The notes: generated by a model not told the origin, from the sequence alone. Counted from the stretch's first letter, positions 12,701 through 28,149 are shown. The stretch is DNA of 64,000 bases from the human T2T-CHM13v2.0 reference genome, Homo sapiens (GCF_009914755.1 NC_060926.1), one strand, 5' to 3'. Program-made: numbers and translations.

Positions 12701-14701
12701 CTTAGTCTCTGGAGCCACAATCTCCAGAGCACCAGCATCTTGGTAAATTCATATTCAAGCATTTGATTTGCACATGATAACCTCTGTGTCTGTTGCAAAC
12801 CGGTCCAGCAACAATACAGCCATTATTATTTTTTATTGTTTTCTATGTATGAGCTCACAGAATTCTAGGCATTGTATAGAATATAATCATAGTAGTTTTA
12901 TATTCAGTATTGCATCAGATCTGAGATCTTAGTTGCTTAGTTTAAAAAATAGTCTAATTTATATGATAAGTTATGCCAAAGAGAATGATACACAGTAGAA
13001 ACTCTCATAATTTCCAAATTTTGGAACTGATTTGAGGATTAAATGGAATGATTAATGAAAAGTACCTAGTTCAGTGCCTGGCCCATTGTAGGTCCCTTGA
13101 TTCACACTGAGCATCACCAAGGTTTGTACCAAATCAGCAAATGGTCCCTCCAAACAGGCCAGCAAGATCATGAGTATAATTAGGCAATAATCAATACAAT
13201 TATGGAATTATTGGGTTAGAAGGGAATTTGAACGCTCATCTGATCTCTCCTTGTAGCAAACCTAAATCTGTCAGCCTTACTTCTAAGCCCAGTTTACTTA
13301 CCCTAAGCATATTCAGGATGAATCAACTTTTGGTTTTACGCTTCATGAGTGCCTAAAATCAGAATTACACGTATATATTGTTTTTCGATAAACTGCATGT
13401 AGTAGCCAGGGAGAAATGTTTTTCCTTTAACTTCCCAGTCCAACTTCAAACAGAAAGTATCCTTATAAAAAGACTGGCCAGATGCAGGTATATATCTCTG
13501 AGGGTTGTCCTGGTTTCTTTTTAAATTAGGCAATGAATATACTTCTTGACATGCACACACAAGATTTGTGGCAAAACACCTTTCTTTCATGTAACTGATT
13601 TTCCTTTAATCCCAACCTTAATGTATATCATTCTTGATGCATAATCTCAAATGGGCTTTGAACTAGCAAATGCTAACTTTGAATAATGAAGAAATAAATG
13701 GCAGTTTACTTTATAGCTGGGCTCAGGATACATGGGGTTGAGGGGCAATGGCAGTATAACTGTTCACCTTTCACCTTGGCATAAGCAGGTAAAGTACAAA
13801 AAGGAAGTGATTAGTAAGAGGTGACAATAAGTTAAAACCCAGAGGCTGAGTGTTCCCGACGCATTTGCATTCCTCGATTTGTAAGGCAGTGTTTAAAATA
13901 AAAAACCATCACCAAGACAGAAAAACTGCTATAGTTATATCACAGCACACTGAGTTGCAAACCTTTTAATGAAAGACATAATTCTTGGGTTGTCTACATC
14001 ACACTATATTCTCATGCAAAATACTTTAATGCCTGGTGTAAATTACTTTAGACTTTCTTAGCGTGTATTGCATTTTTTAATCATGGGTGTTCAGTTCTAT
14101 TTTCCATTTGGAGTCCAGGAGAGCAATATCCAGATAAAGCCAGATGAGCTCCATACCTCCAGCCTCTCCTTCTCTGCTTTTGCTCTCCCACCACTACCCT
14201 TCTTTTCTCCCCTACCTCTAGGACAACTACAGTTCCCAGTTCATCTTTAGTTGGAGGGTATAATCTGGTGCCTGGTCAGACAAGTGAACAAAGGCAGCTT
14301 TTCCCTGGACAGGATGCTGGACAAAGGATCACCAGCAGTGCTCCAGCCCACCGTGGACCAGCTCCATCTGCAGAAAGATGAGGTTTGCTGAGCAGAGCTC
14401 TACCCTCTTCACAGCAGCATATAGTAGAATGGTCACAAAGAACTGCTCATACCCTGTCTGCCTTCTGAGAAGGACATAGCTGAAGGAAAATTAAAATAGT
14501 CACATAAAATGGCCTAGGCCTGGGCCCAGAGTACCCATACAGTATGCACGTCCTGCCGGCCTGACTCTGACTGTTACCATGGTCATCTTTCTAAAACACC
14601 AATTAGATCAAACCTTTCTCAGCACATTGACCATCTTCCATGTTTCCCTCTAAGGCAGACTTAATCATTCATATCAGCCCTGAAAACACTGTATATATGC
14701 C

Positions 14702-15314
<613 letters not shown>

Positions 15315-15369
15315 TCCGATAAGCCTTTTTAATAGCAAGTGTCACAATGGACCATAGGTGGAACACAGT

Positions 15370-15480
15370 GTCTTCCTTTACAATCTGTAAGCACGTCTGG
15401 GACCCAGATTTATTCATCTAAGAATCCCAGGGCATAGCACTGTGCCGGTATGCTCAAAGTTTGCTAAATGAATGAATGAT
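15370..15480 (+). mobile_element. L2 3' tail
   Basis: 'catagcactgtgccggtatgctcaaagtttgctaaatgaatgaatga'. Confidence 0.6.
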
Positions 15481-16649
15481 ATATCCTATGGAGAAAGATG
15501 CCAGATTTATACATTGCCATTTAAATCATATATATTTTCATTTCACAATCTCCAAATTGTGTAATGAAAGTAGGCAACTCCCTGTGATGGTGACAGAACT
15601 CCATATTCTGTGTTCTGAAAAGTATGTAATGATAGTAAAATATTGAATGCAGTTATCCACATTTAATTCAAGAGATTGGCAACATGGCTGCATTTGCAAT
15701 TTTTTGGTAGTGGGAGCAAGGGTAAATGAAGAATTTAATATATTCTGTGCAGGATTCCCCTTTTTTTCTGACGGAAAAAAAAGTAACTTTTACTTATTTA
15801 TCTATAACCTTTGTATAGCTCTATTTTTTCAGCTGGTTCTTCCTATCCAGCTTCAGGGTCTAAATAGGGGTTGGTCCAAGGCTAGCTAAAACCCTGGATG
15901 GGATGAGTCTGGCACCTATTCCTGTGACTATTGATTCTGGGGCTGTGCCAGGTCTCTGGGGATTGGAAAGATTCCCTATCTGAGGCTACTTGGCTATGAA
16001 AACTTGTCCTCCAGCTCTTGCCAACTAAAACACAGTAGGAGAAAATGTTGTGTGGCAACCGGGTATAAACACAACAGTTGGAATGCTTCAGAAACAAGTT
16101 TGGATTTCCTGGCTAAATGTATTCAATGTTAAAACAACAATAACAGTGTTAAAAACACATTTGGGGATTGTTAGAATGCCTTACCCACTGGTTCTGATTA
16201 TTATGCTTAGAGGCTTATTGGATATACTGGTGTCTCTGAGAAATATTTTCTTAGGGACTATGTTCAAGGTTATGTCTATACAGACATGTTGAGGTGAAGA
16301 AATCCCAACACCTATGGAATAATGAAAGGGAAGTAAAGATATGTGGGTTCTACTTTTGTCTGTAACCTGATGAGCTCTGAAAGTTTGGGTAAATCATGTC
16401 TCTGACTCAGTTTTCTCATCTGTAAAGTGGGTAGGTCACTTATAGAAGTCTCTGAAGTGCCTCCTAGTACTGAAGCTTGATGAGCTTTGCTCTCCTCTGA
16501 AATTGACCAAATGTCCTCAGTCCAGTATGTTTGTGCTTGAGTAGAGATGAAAGGCTCTTAGTTTTTAAATCATGGCTTTTGATGTTAGCACAGGGACAGA
16601 AAACCTCATTAATTTTTCACCCAGGGACTACCTAGTGGGGCAAGGCCTT

Positions 16650-16792
16650 TTTATGAGTTGAATTGTGTGTCTCCACCACTGACCCTCCCCACAAGAAAAT
16701 ATATGGTATATTGAAGTCCTAATCCCAGTTCTTAGAAATGTAGCCTTCATTGGAAATAGGGTCTTTGAAGATTTAAGCAAGTTAAAATAAAG
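16650..16792 (+). mobile_element. MLT1 LTR 5' fragment
   Basis: 'ttatgagttgaattgtgtgtctcc...ttgaagtcctaatccc...ttggaaatagggtctttgaagat'. Confidence 0.7.
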
Positions 16793-16814
16793 TTAACCAT
16801 TTCACATTTCTACC

Positions 16815-17005
16815 TGTCTGATCTCACTTAATCCTCACAAGACCTCTGCAAAGCACATGTCATCATTTTTTCCATTTACAGGTAAAGAATTGGAAGTGCA
16901 GAGAAGTTAAATAATTTTCTAAAAGCCTGTGGCTAGTAGGAATAGAGCCAGGGCTCAAACCTAGGTGTATCTGCCTCTAACACCTGGGCTTTTAGCCACT
17001 ACTCC
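16815..17005 (-). mobile_element. MIR SINE
   Basis: 'ttaatcctcacaagacc...catttacaggtaaagaattg...agagaagttaaataattttctaaaag'. Confidence 0.75.
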
Positions 17006-17962
17006 ATCAGCCTTCTGTAGAGAGGTTATCTGGCCATGGGTAATTCAGAAGTCACTCAGATCTGAGAGTGTATTATGTGTGCCATCCCTAGTCAAATCTC
17101 CAACCAAATAAAATGTTTTGACCAGGTCAAGGCGACTCATATAAAGATGAAATCATATAATAATGAACACAAATAGATTATTTTCCACATTGTCGAAGAC
17201 TTTTGTCCAAACAACATGATTTAATATTTGCCAAATGCCCACTGCAAGTTGAGCAGAGGAGGCACCATCATCATGCACTGGCATTTCTCAGGGTTTCAAT
17301 ATTGGAAACAAAATAGCAACAACTATTCTCTAGTGTCAGGTAATGATCTTGAGAGAGATATATTATTCTCACTCTATCCCTACCCATGTATCTATTGCAT
17401 AAGAGGGAGCATTTCACAGATACAACTCAGATTTATGGGTAACATAAATCCAATTATTCTTAAATAAGATTTGTCTTTGTCATCTGATCAGCTCTGTAGC
17501 ATTCTTAACTCTTTGTCTATGTTTACTAGGCAATCCCATTTGGTAAACACCACCCAAGCATGCTCTCAAACACACTGTCTTTTAGAAATCAATGTAAATG
17601 TAATTCTACCAACATCAGCTAAGATAATAAGATCTGAAAGGTCTTAATGCTACCAGACATGCTATGAATAATAGCTGTAAATGCAACTCAATGATTGATT
17701 CAACCGATGACAATGAAGGTCCTGGGGAAAATGAGCATTTGATTTTCTCATATTCCCTGGTACATTCTAAAGTACCTTTAATTTTGGGATTGGCTCTCAG
17801 GCTCATTGTGGTATCACTACACACATTATTGGAGCAGAGCCTGCAAAAGGAAGAGAAACTGCAAAAGTAGAGAAAGTTGATTTCATTGCTGTGTCCCACT
17901 CTGTCTTAGAAAGAACCTAAATCATCAACATGTATGTTTTATCTATTCCCTTTAAACACATC

Positions 17963-18322
17963 TGCTTACTTCCTAGGACTGCCATAACAAAGTACTACAA
18001 ACTAGGTGGCTAAAAGCAACAGAAATTTATTGTCTCACAGTTCTGGAGGCCAGAAGTCCAAAGTCAAGATGTTGGCAGAGTTGGCTTGTAGATGCATCGC
18101 TGCAATCCTCTGTCTTCACAGGGTTTTATCCCTGTGTCTCTGTGTCTTCACACGGCTGTCTTATAAAGACACCAGTTATATCCAGACTACACCAGCACAA
18201 CCTCATCTTAACTAATTACATTTGCAATGACCGTCTTTTCAAATAAAGTCACATTCTGAAATGCTGAGGGTTAGGACTTCAACATCTCTTTTGACAGGGG
18301 GGACATAATTCAACCTAAAACA
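17963..18322 (-). mobile_element. MaLR solo LTR (MLT1C-like)
   Basis: 'ctgccataacaaagtactacaaactaggtggct...cagaaatttattgtctcacagttctggaggccagaagtcc' ... 'ggacataattcaacc'. Confidence 0.88.
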
Positions 18323-18489
18323 CTCAAGTAAATAAACATTAGAATTCATAGCTCTATAGCAGTTAGGTTAAAAGTCAGACAAAATATTTACCAAAACTAT
18401 AATAGAGAATATGGAAGTCTCAGTTATAAGCAGTATTTGGTTATAAGTATTTTTTTTTTACATTTTAAGTTATAAAATAGTTAATACTA

Positions 18490-19665
18490 AAAAAGAAAGA
18501 AAATGTCAGATAAGGAAAGTACTATGCAGTGGATTAAAATATGGTGATGTGACAGAAAGTAACTGATTGGCTTCCTTGGATTAGAATATCAAGAAGGGGT
18601 TCTTTGGGGTGGTGATATTTAAGCCGAGATCTAAGTGAAAAGAGCGAATGAGCCATATGAAGATAAGAGAGAAAGCTTTCCAGACTAAGGGATGAGAATG
18701 TACAAAGGCTCTAGGCAAGGCAAGCCTGGCAAATAAAAAGGTTGGTGACTAGAATTTTATAGGTGAGGACAAACTAGAATCACAGTTTAGCATGGGCTTT
18801 AACTTTACAGAAAAGGGATTATATTTTGTTCTAGGACCAATGAGCTACTATTTGTGTTAGTCCATTTTGCATGGCTGTAAAAGAATTCTTGAGACTGGGT
18901 AATTTGTAAAGAAAAGAAGTTTATTTGGCTCATGGTTCTGCAGACTGTACAAGAAGCATGGTGCTTTCTTGTCTCTGGTGAGGCTTCAGGGGGCTTTCAA
19001 TCACGGCAGAAGGTGAAAGGGGAGCAGGCACATGGCAATAGAGGGAGCAAGAGAGAATAGAGGAAGTGCCAGACTCTTTAAACAACTGTGAATGAATACA
19101 ATGAGAACTCACTCATTACCCCATTCATTAATGGTTTGATGCCCTCCTTGGGGATCCACCCCTATGACCAAACACCTCCCACCAGGTTCCACCTTCAACA
19201 TTGGGGACCACATTCCAACATGAGATTTGGAGGGAACAAATATCCAAACTATGTCACTATTGGAGGGTTTTCATCAGGAGAATAACATGACCTGACATAT
19301 GTTTCAAGATAACTGCGGTTACCACGTGGAGAATGAAGACAGGGACAGATGAGATGTAGGGAAACATGAGGATTAGATTGGTAGAAGTGGAGATGGGCAA
19401 AAGCATTGACTTGGGATGTGCTTTAGAGGTGAGCTCTACAGAGTGTATTGATGCACTGGATGTGAGGAATAAGGAAGATGATGCCAGTATTTTTGGTTTG
19501 AGCAACTGAATGGACTATAGTATATTTTAATGAGATGGAAAAAATTGTGGAGGAACAAATTTGGAGGGGATGTGTGAATCACAGGCTTTCCTTTGCTAAA
19601 GTTGAAAAATGCATATGAGAGAATCATGTGAATATATTAATAGGCAGTTTGTCATATAAGTCCTT
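18490..19665 (-). mobile_element. L2 LINE, interrupted by an MST LTR
   Basis: Purine-rich antisense L2: 'tgatatttaagccgagatc', 'ataacatgacctgacatatgttt', 'ttttggtttgagcaactgaatgga'. Confidence 0.75.
18853..19256 (-). mobile_element. MaLR solo LTR (MSTB-like) with 5-bp TSD CTATT
   Basis: 'tgtgttagtccattttgc...gagactgggtaattt' ... 'aaatatccaaactatgtca'; CTATT at 18848-18852 and 19257-19261. Confidence 0.92.
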
Positions 19666-20132
19666 GTAGTTTGTAAAAACTAGACTCATTCCTCATGTAG
19701 TGTAGTCAACTCTACATTAGTCAGGACACTTTCTCTGGCTGGTAAATTTTGTCAGCCATTTTCTTGTGGCCTCTTTCACTTTTCTTCCTGCCTATTAAAT
19801 AATCACTTACCATATTTTTTTTGTGTGTGTGCTGGTTATGTGGATGAGCACAGTGCTGGCAGCTAACACTGCAGACATAGGTGGTTCTTTATGAATGTTT
19901 GCAGAATAATTGAATGAATGAATATACCTGTCAGGTTCCCTTGAGGCTTAAGTCTTGAAGTAATGACTAGTCTAGTACAGAAAATAATAAATATACTTTA
20001 ATAACTAAAATAGAAAGTAAAAAAGTGGTGAGTTGAACAGGAAAGGTCCTAATTAAGGATTGGGGGAATTCAGAAGAAGCTAGGGGATTCCAGAAAGACT
20101 TCATTAGAAATGTGGCATACTGACATGATATT

Positions 20133-20465
20133 AATAGAATACTATTTAGTAATGAGAATGGAGAAGCTAAAACTATATGCAACAACATGGATAAATTCCA
20201 AAAACATAATTTTGAGCAAAATAAGCCATACAAAAGACTAAACACTGTATGGTTTCAATCATGTGAAGTTCAAGAAAGGCAAAACTAAACTATGGTGTTG
20301 AAAGTCGGGAGAACACTTGCTCCGTAGGGGAGTTATGACTGTTAGTGAGCACAAGGGGAGTTCTGAGGTTCTGCTTCTATTCCGTTCCTTTGGTTTTGTT
20401 TGTATAAGTGTGTTTACTTCATAAAAATTCACCTACTTGTACACTTGTGATTTGTGTACTTTTTC
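20133..20465 (+). mobile_element. Old L1 (L1MD/ME-type) 3' fragment
   Basis: 'atgcaacaacatggataaattccaaaaacataattttgagc...gttcaagaaaggcaaaactaaactatggtgttgaaagtc'. Confidence 0.8.
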
Positions 20466-20553
20466 CTCCCTTCCCCCTTTATTTTTCTTTTATTTTCCCT
20501 TAATCCTCTCTTCAAAGAATGTGTACCTTTTAAATGTGTATTACGTCAAGAAC

Positions 20554-21048
20554 TGTGAAGGGTCTGAGATTTTACTCTATTTGCAATCCTGCCATAGTTT
20601 TATGGATGCTGGCAGAAGACATGATATTCCTAGGTCAGAGACAAAATAGTTTGTGACTCATAGCATGGCAAATAGCATGAGCTTTATGTTAGCTCTGGTT
20701 CCCTTTGGTCTTCCTCCCCCGAATTGCACAGAAGAGGCTACAATGGATGCTATACACACAATGGGTTTGTGTCATGGCTGAGGAACCTCAAGTTTAGAGA
20801 AACCAAATCCTTCATAATGAGATAAAAGCAACATGCTCTATCTTTGCCCTGGAGGGAGACAATACCTTTGTTATAGCAAATAATAAACAAACCTGTCCTT
20901 TGCTTGGGAGGAAGATGCCATCTATCTTCCAAAGCTGTTCTGTATACAAACATCCTTGGAAAGTTAGTCTGGAACAAAAGTTGTCAGTGCCTCACTGCTC
21001 ACAGGACATGCAGAAATGTGAGAGACTTGTGGAGAATTATCACATAAC
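20554..21048 (-). mobile_element. ERV-class solo LTR (subfamily not assigned)
   Basis: TG...CA bounded ~495 bp unit starting 'tgtgaagggtctgagattttactctatttgcaa...ggatgctggcagaagacatg', a recognisable MER/LTR terminus. Confidence 0.6.
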
Positions 21049-21401
21049 AAAACATTTTTCAATAAAATGTTTACACTTAAAAATCTCTGATGCTTTAGCT
21101 AGGCCTTATTTGGGCATAATCAAATTGAGGGAAAATAACTTTTACATGAGCGATGGTGAACAGTTGAGTAGAGCAGGGGGTTTTCCCGACCCGAAAGGTC
21201 TTCTCACGTGGGAAGTTGAGTGAAATGAAACTCAAATTGCCAATTTTACTATCTTTTTTACTGCTCAGATAAAGGTTCGTAGAAGGGAAGAAAATCACAT
21301 TAAAGAGTGAAACAAAAATTTAAGGAATCATCTGTGAATCTCATTTATCTTTTGCCCTCCTCCTCAAACTCGGCAAGAATTTGTATTATTTAAGAGTTGA
21401 G

Positions 21402-21751
<350 letters not shown>

Positions 21752-22414
21752 TTATTTTGAAAATGAACCATGAAATAGAGAAAATAATAAACTCAAATGC
21801 CTTTAAAAGTTTTTTATTTTCATAATTGAAATTTTTATACCAAAATTATATTGGCCCTAATTAACTTCACTTTGAAAGACAAATCCCTAAATTCCTCTTG
21901 TCTTATTCACAATAAATCTAGATGACCCAATAGCATTTAAGCAGAAATGTGATATGCTTAATGCTTAACAGTTTCTTAACATTTTCTCTCTGAAACATCC
22001 ATTTTTATGCTACCTAGGTAAGAGTATGGAAGTGAATATTAAAATCCCATAACCATATTTTGGTGCTGATGCTGCATTTTCACGTTTTATGATCTATCTC
22101 GAGCTGTTTGATTGAACGGCAGTCTGCTGTTTAATCAAGAGCCATGTGTAATTCTATATAAGTGTACTGTATTATAAAAATGAATGTAAAATTAATTTCA
22201 GGATATATATGTTTAATTACACAGTTTCATGTTACATATCTGAATCAAATTGTGCATTGCCTTTTAATATCTTTAAGAAGTTTGGAATTAATTTAAGCAA
22301 TGAAGCTTGAGATCTTTTAAAGGAGGCTTTTCTCAGATCATAACTCAGTTCTTGAAGTTGGGTCCTATGCGGTTTTTGCAATTTAGCTCCTCAGGTGTGG
22401 ACGTCAAGGGATAT

Positions 22415-22615
22415 TACATTTATTGAATGTTTGTTATGCACCAAGCAATGGGATAAATGGTTTATATATATCATCTCATTTTAAAGCCTAACAAAATTCC
22501 ATGGGGTGAGTGTAATTCCCATTTTATAGATGAATAAACAAATCAAGAGTGAATTACTTTAGGTCACCCCGTTAAGTGGTGGAACCAAGATTTGTATCCA
22601 GAAGTGTATGACTCC
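22415..22615 (-). mobile_element. MIR SINE
   Basis: 'catttattgaatg...tcatctcatttt...cccattttatagatgaataaac...aggtcacc'. Confidence 0.78.
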
Positions 22616-22718
22616 ATATTAAAATTATTTTTTTAATAGGACTTGCATATGGGTAAGAAAAAAGATTGAAAAGATGAATGTGTACAATTATGTTAGCAGT
22701 GGTGGGATTAAAGGTAAC

Positions 22719-23014
22719 TTTTTTTTTTTTTTTTGAGATGGAGTTTTGCTCTTGTTGCCCAGGCTGGAGTGCAATGGTGCAATCTCGGCTCACTGAAACC
22801 TCTGCCTCCCGGGTTCAAGCATTCTGCTGCCTCAGCCTCCCAAATAGCTGGGATTACAGGCATGCGCCACCATGCCCAGCTAATTTTATATTTTTAGTAG
22901 AGATGGGTTTTCACCACGTTGGTCACGTTGGTCTTGAACTCCTGACCTCAGGTGATCCACACGTCTTGGCCTCCAAAGTGCTGAGATTACAGGCGTGAGC
23001 CACTGCACCTGGCC
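22719..23014 (-). mobile_element. AluSp/Sq with TSD TAAAGGTAAC
   Basis: 'gagttttgctcttgttgcccagg...gcaatgg'; TSD at 22709-22718 and 23015-23024. Confidence 0.96.
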
Positions 23015-23443
23015 TAAAGGTAACATTTAATTAATCATTTTCCTATTCTTAATTTTCTGAATTTCTGATAATGTGCAAGTATATGTACTTATTTAAATGT
23101 AGTATAGGACTTAAAATGATATTGAGGAGTCATTAAGGAAGATAACTATTAATGGCAAGGGCTCCCCTGAGCTTTATCTTGACAAGGGAAGCTTGAGGCT
23201 GGTGGTCTTCTGAAAGTCAGCTATGAGGCCATTGCCAGAGACCTGATGATCATGAACTGATAGTATGCCTCCCACAAGGACCCCAAAGGTCAAGTTTGGA
23301 GCAAAAGATAGGCAATTCAGGGCTGTACTCCAAGCTGAAAAAGTTCTAGTGGGTGGACCTCAGATGGCTTGATTCTTATTAGGTCATGGAAGCAAAAACA
23401 ACCCCTGCTTCCCTACCGCTGTCACTTTTAAAAAATTGCTCTA

Positions 23444-23748
<305 letters not shown>

Positions 23749-23970
23749 TTATGGAGATCACCTGGAGTCATTCCACTCACCTGTCTATAGTTGTCTATGG
23801 TCTTATAGTTTATTTAATAATTAGCCCTTTACTTTGTGTGTATCCTTATTATAGTTTGGATGGAGTCAATCCATCATTTCCTCTCTTAAATGTGTCATTA
23901 ATTCCCCTTAATATTTCTGAAGCTAAGCTTAATTGTTCATTTGAAGATATGGGATAGAAGGAAAGAAGGG

Positions 23971-24419
23971 TGTAGTCAATGCTCTGGTGTGCCACCCAGG
24001 TGCCCCCTTTTGGGCCAAAGTATCATTCCCAGCTGCTAGGGATATTGTCTGCAGGCAGCTCACAGCTGAGACTCTCCTTAGGCATTGCCTTTGCTCAAAG
24101 GGAGCTGCCTTGCCCGAGGTTACATGTCCTCTGCAAGGGCAGCCCGTATCAAATGCTTGGACTATAAGTGAGTACAAATAAAGGGCCAACTCCTTTGCCT
24201 CAATGTAGCGCATCTCTGGAAAGCCATCCCAGCTCCAGACCTCTTTGTGGGATCATATGAGACTTCTGCTGCAACCCCATCACAGTTCAACTTCTTCCTC
24301 TGCCCAGGCCTGCTTTCCTCACATCCGTACAGGTACTGCTTTTTACAGCAATCACTTATGAGCTATCTGCATGTAAATATCTTCCCAAATCTCTTTCCTT
24401 GGGAATCTGACCTAAGACT
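23971..24419 (+). mobile_element. ERVL solo LTR, LTR16A-like
   Basis: Starts 'tgtagtcaatgctctggtgtgccacccag'; 'gccatcccagctccaga', 'cagttcaacttcttcctctgccc'; ends 'gacctaagac'. Confidence 0.82.
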
Positions 24420-25151
24420 CACTATAATTCCTATGGCCTCCACTCCACCACTGGTGAGCTACAGAAAGAGGAGAGTTCAGAGGTGAATGTCATAGTAACT
24501 CTTCCAGACAGATTCCCAGACAGATCACTCTTCTGTTTAAAGGGACTGAGCAAGGAGTTAGTCACCTAGGCTCACATACCAAATTTGCTTAGAAAGAGGC
24601 TATAAGCATACTCTCTAAGCCCGAGCGTCAAGAGCTGTAGTGCTTGTTAGCCTCATGTTGCCTGTAGTCTCTATGGAGTCTGAGTCAAGTGAGCACTGGT
24701 CTCAACCCAAGCTCAAAGACTCTGTGTCTGATCTCCTGGACTTTGGGGCCCATGGGTTGTGTTGACAGGTCAGTGTTAATAGTTTTCTGGGAAAGCAGAA
24801 AACTGCAGTAGTGGTGACAAAACAGAGGTCTCTATTTTAAAATGGAGCAAAAATGCCACTTCACCGTGACCCTTTGTGATCCAATGCCTGTCTTTTGGGT
24901 TGGGCTTCACCATTAGTCACATTGAAGGAATCACAGAATCGAAGTAGACTCTGACACTGCTCTGGGTCTGGGTGACTGGGTAACTCAACATCCTATCTTA
25001 GATTTGCAAACACTTCCATGAAGCCCACAAAAACCAACAAAGAAGGATAAGATGGTATCAGAGGATACCACAAAGAAGCATGTTCTTTGTAACAACTCTC
25101 TTTATGAAAAATATACTGGATCAGATTGTGGTGGGACAACTTGATAAATAA

Positions 25152-25460
<309 letters not shown>

Positions 25461-26789
25461 CCAAGACTTAGAGATTTAATAACCCATGTGGAATAACTTT
25501 TTTTAAAAAACATCAATCAGACTGAGTTATTTTCCCCAGTACTACGATGGTTGTTACACATTTTGTAGACACCCCTACCCAGAACTTCCTGAGAAAGGAT
25601 CTGATAACCACCATCTACACTAATTCAAACAATTGATTAACTTAAATGGAAAAAGTCTCCAGGAGGAGAATCTTTAGATATCATCGTGAGTGGTGAGTTC
25701 CTCTCCTGCTAAATTTGCTTATCTACTTCTCAGATATAATTTCCTCTTGTAAGCATTCAAAAAATATAAAACAGTTTAATTTAACCAGTAAATTGGTTTA
25801 GTTTCATTGAGGGTAAACTTTGTGGAGGACTCCTCTGGTTAGGATGCAGTGCTCCTCAAAATTAGACTATTGAATTTTCTTAAAATGCTCTAAATAGTCA
25901 GCCAGTAATCTTCTGGGAGCATTATTTTTGCCAAAAGTGAAACAAAACTCTTGACTTGACTACTAGGAAGCTCATAGCTAAACTTAATGTTTAATTATAA
26001 TAACAATTATTGGCTTAGATTTTCTAATAAAATTCCTCTTCCTTTTCAACCCCACCTTCATCCTATCCCCCAAACACACAACTATAGAAATTTTAAAAAT
26101 ATTTTAATGAATTTACACTGGGCAAAAAAACCAGAAAGTCAAGAAACATTCTGGAAATCATATTTATTTCTGTCTTGTTGGTCCAATATTTTAAGGCTGA
26201 TGTGGGGGAAGTAATATATAAGTGGGCAACAACAAGAAGAAAGATGTTCAAGTTCAACATCTCTCCAAAGATCAAGGATTTGCTGATAAGTGGCTGGATG
26301 TGGATTATATATCCAGCATAGAGAGGAAAACAGTCTCTTCAATGTGGAATCTATTTTCCAAAACTGAATAGATCTATGCCACAAGCAGTTCCATCAGACA
26401 AATTGTGCCCTAAATCTTCTTTGAACTGCTGGGCTTAAATCAAATTGAGATATAAAAGGTTTCATTTTACATAACCTGTATTTAAGGCTTCTATTGAGTC
26501 TTCAAAATGATTTGCTGCAATGCTTGTGTTTTTGGTATGAGTCCAACTTCTTAACCTGTCTATAGTTTCAGTGATAAAAGTTCACATTAACTTAAATAAT
26601 ATGCCAACATTGAAGGCTCTCAGGCTAGTTATCGATAGTCTCCATGTCTCTAGTATATTAAGATAAAAGGAGCTGTACTATTATAAAAACTGACATTAAT
26701 TGATATGATTCTCTATACCAATACTTCAATCAATTTAAAAATACTATTTCATAATCTGTGTATGTTGGAATTTGAGATAATGGAATGTA

Positions 26790-27135
26790 TATGTCAGATA
26801 GCATGGGCTCTAATGTGGTAAAACTATAACCCCAGAGTCCCAGTGACATAATAAAAATTTATTTCTTATTTATGCTAGCCCCAGTGTGAGTTGGTTATTC
26901 CTTCAGAGTAACTGTCCTCCATGCTGTGACACAGAGATCCAGGCTGTTTGTACCTTCTAGCTCCACCATGTCAATATATCCCCTTCTTTATATCATGGCA
27001 GCAAAAAAGGGGGTCAGAGTAACACACTGACTGTTGAATGCTTCAACCCAGAAGTGGCTCCTGCTCATGGCTCATTGTCCAATCCTAATCACTTGGGAGC
27101 AAATGGATTTCCAGTGAATAGCAAATACCTCTGTC
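26790..27135 (-). mobile_element. Old MaLR LTR (MLT1K/L-like)
   Basis: 'aaaatttatttctta...ctccatgctgtgacacagagatccaggctg...cttcaacccagaagtgg...gctcattgtcca'. Confidence 0.6.
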
Positions 27136-27830
27136 TCAGGGAATGTTCAGCATTCTGAAGGAGTGTGCAAACTTGTGGCATCTTATTCCTTGAAAATGTA
27201 CGTTCTATCAATGTCACTGTGTTTACATAAAATCTTGCTTAGTAGTGTCATATCTGAATGTATACATAACATCTGTGCTTATAATTATACATCTAAAAGT
27301 AGAACATAGTTTTGTTTATAAAATAACTCTGTTGTTCATAAGTGATTTTTGTTACATGGATATTAAGATTTTTTTTGCTAAAGGTATCGTTTTATTGTTT
27401 GGGTGATAAAGGTCAAAGACATACCCCATGTAGGCAGAAAATAGGGTTTCCCTTGAATAAGAGACTACTTGTGGTGCCAGGCTCCAGAATTTTAGCAAGC
27501 CTCTGAGGAAGAAGCAAACCTCTGCCATCCAAAGAGAACTCAGGAATAAGAGGCATTGCTCAGTGAGGCAATAGAATGAAGATGCTTTTCTCAGAGTGTG
27601 TGAAACTATTGAGAGAACTTCTATTGTGTTTTGGGAAGAAGGGTGACAATAAGCAGACTAACAACAGGGGAGCAAGGATCCTAGGGGATACCGACCCTTT
27701 AAAATAAGAACACAAGTGTATAGACAGGCATAGAACCTGGGACTTTGCTCCCTTTCTCAGTTCTTAAGGAAGATTCTGAAGACCTCAGAGCTCTTGAGGG
27801 TACCAAGAGCTTAGTTTACTTGGGGCCAAC

Positions 27831-28119
27831 ATTTATTTATTTTGAGACAGGGCACACTCTGTCACCCAGGCTGGAGTGCACTGGTGCAATCAGAGCTCAC
27901 TGCAGCCTCGACCTCCTGGGCTCAAGTAATTGCCCTCTGCCTTAGCCTTCAAGTACTTGGGACTACAGGTACATGCCACCATGCCCGGCTAATTTTTTTT
28001 CAGCAGAGATGAGTTCTCCCTATGTTGCCCAGGTGGGTCTCAAACTCCTGAGCTCAAGCATCCTCCTTCCTTGGCCTCCTGAAGTGCTGGGATTATAGGC
28101 ATGAGCCACCATGCTTGTT
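27831..28119 (-). mobile_element. AluJ
   Basis: J-type 'gctcactgcagcctcgacctcctgggctcaag', 'ctatgttgcccagg'. Confidence 0.93.
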
Positions 28120-28149
28120 TAGGCCAGCTTTTAAAAAGGAAGCAGAAAC

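Noticed and set aside
14343-14366. RE1-like 'cagcccaccgtggaccagctcc'
   Set aside because: Needs insertions in both half-sites to fit the REST consensus
17170-17250. Minus-strand KVFDNV resembling the RT motif KAFD.V
   Set aside because: Too short; lacks the upstream catalytic Asp context
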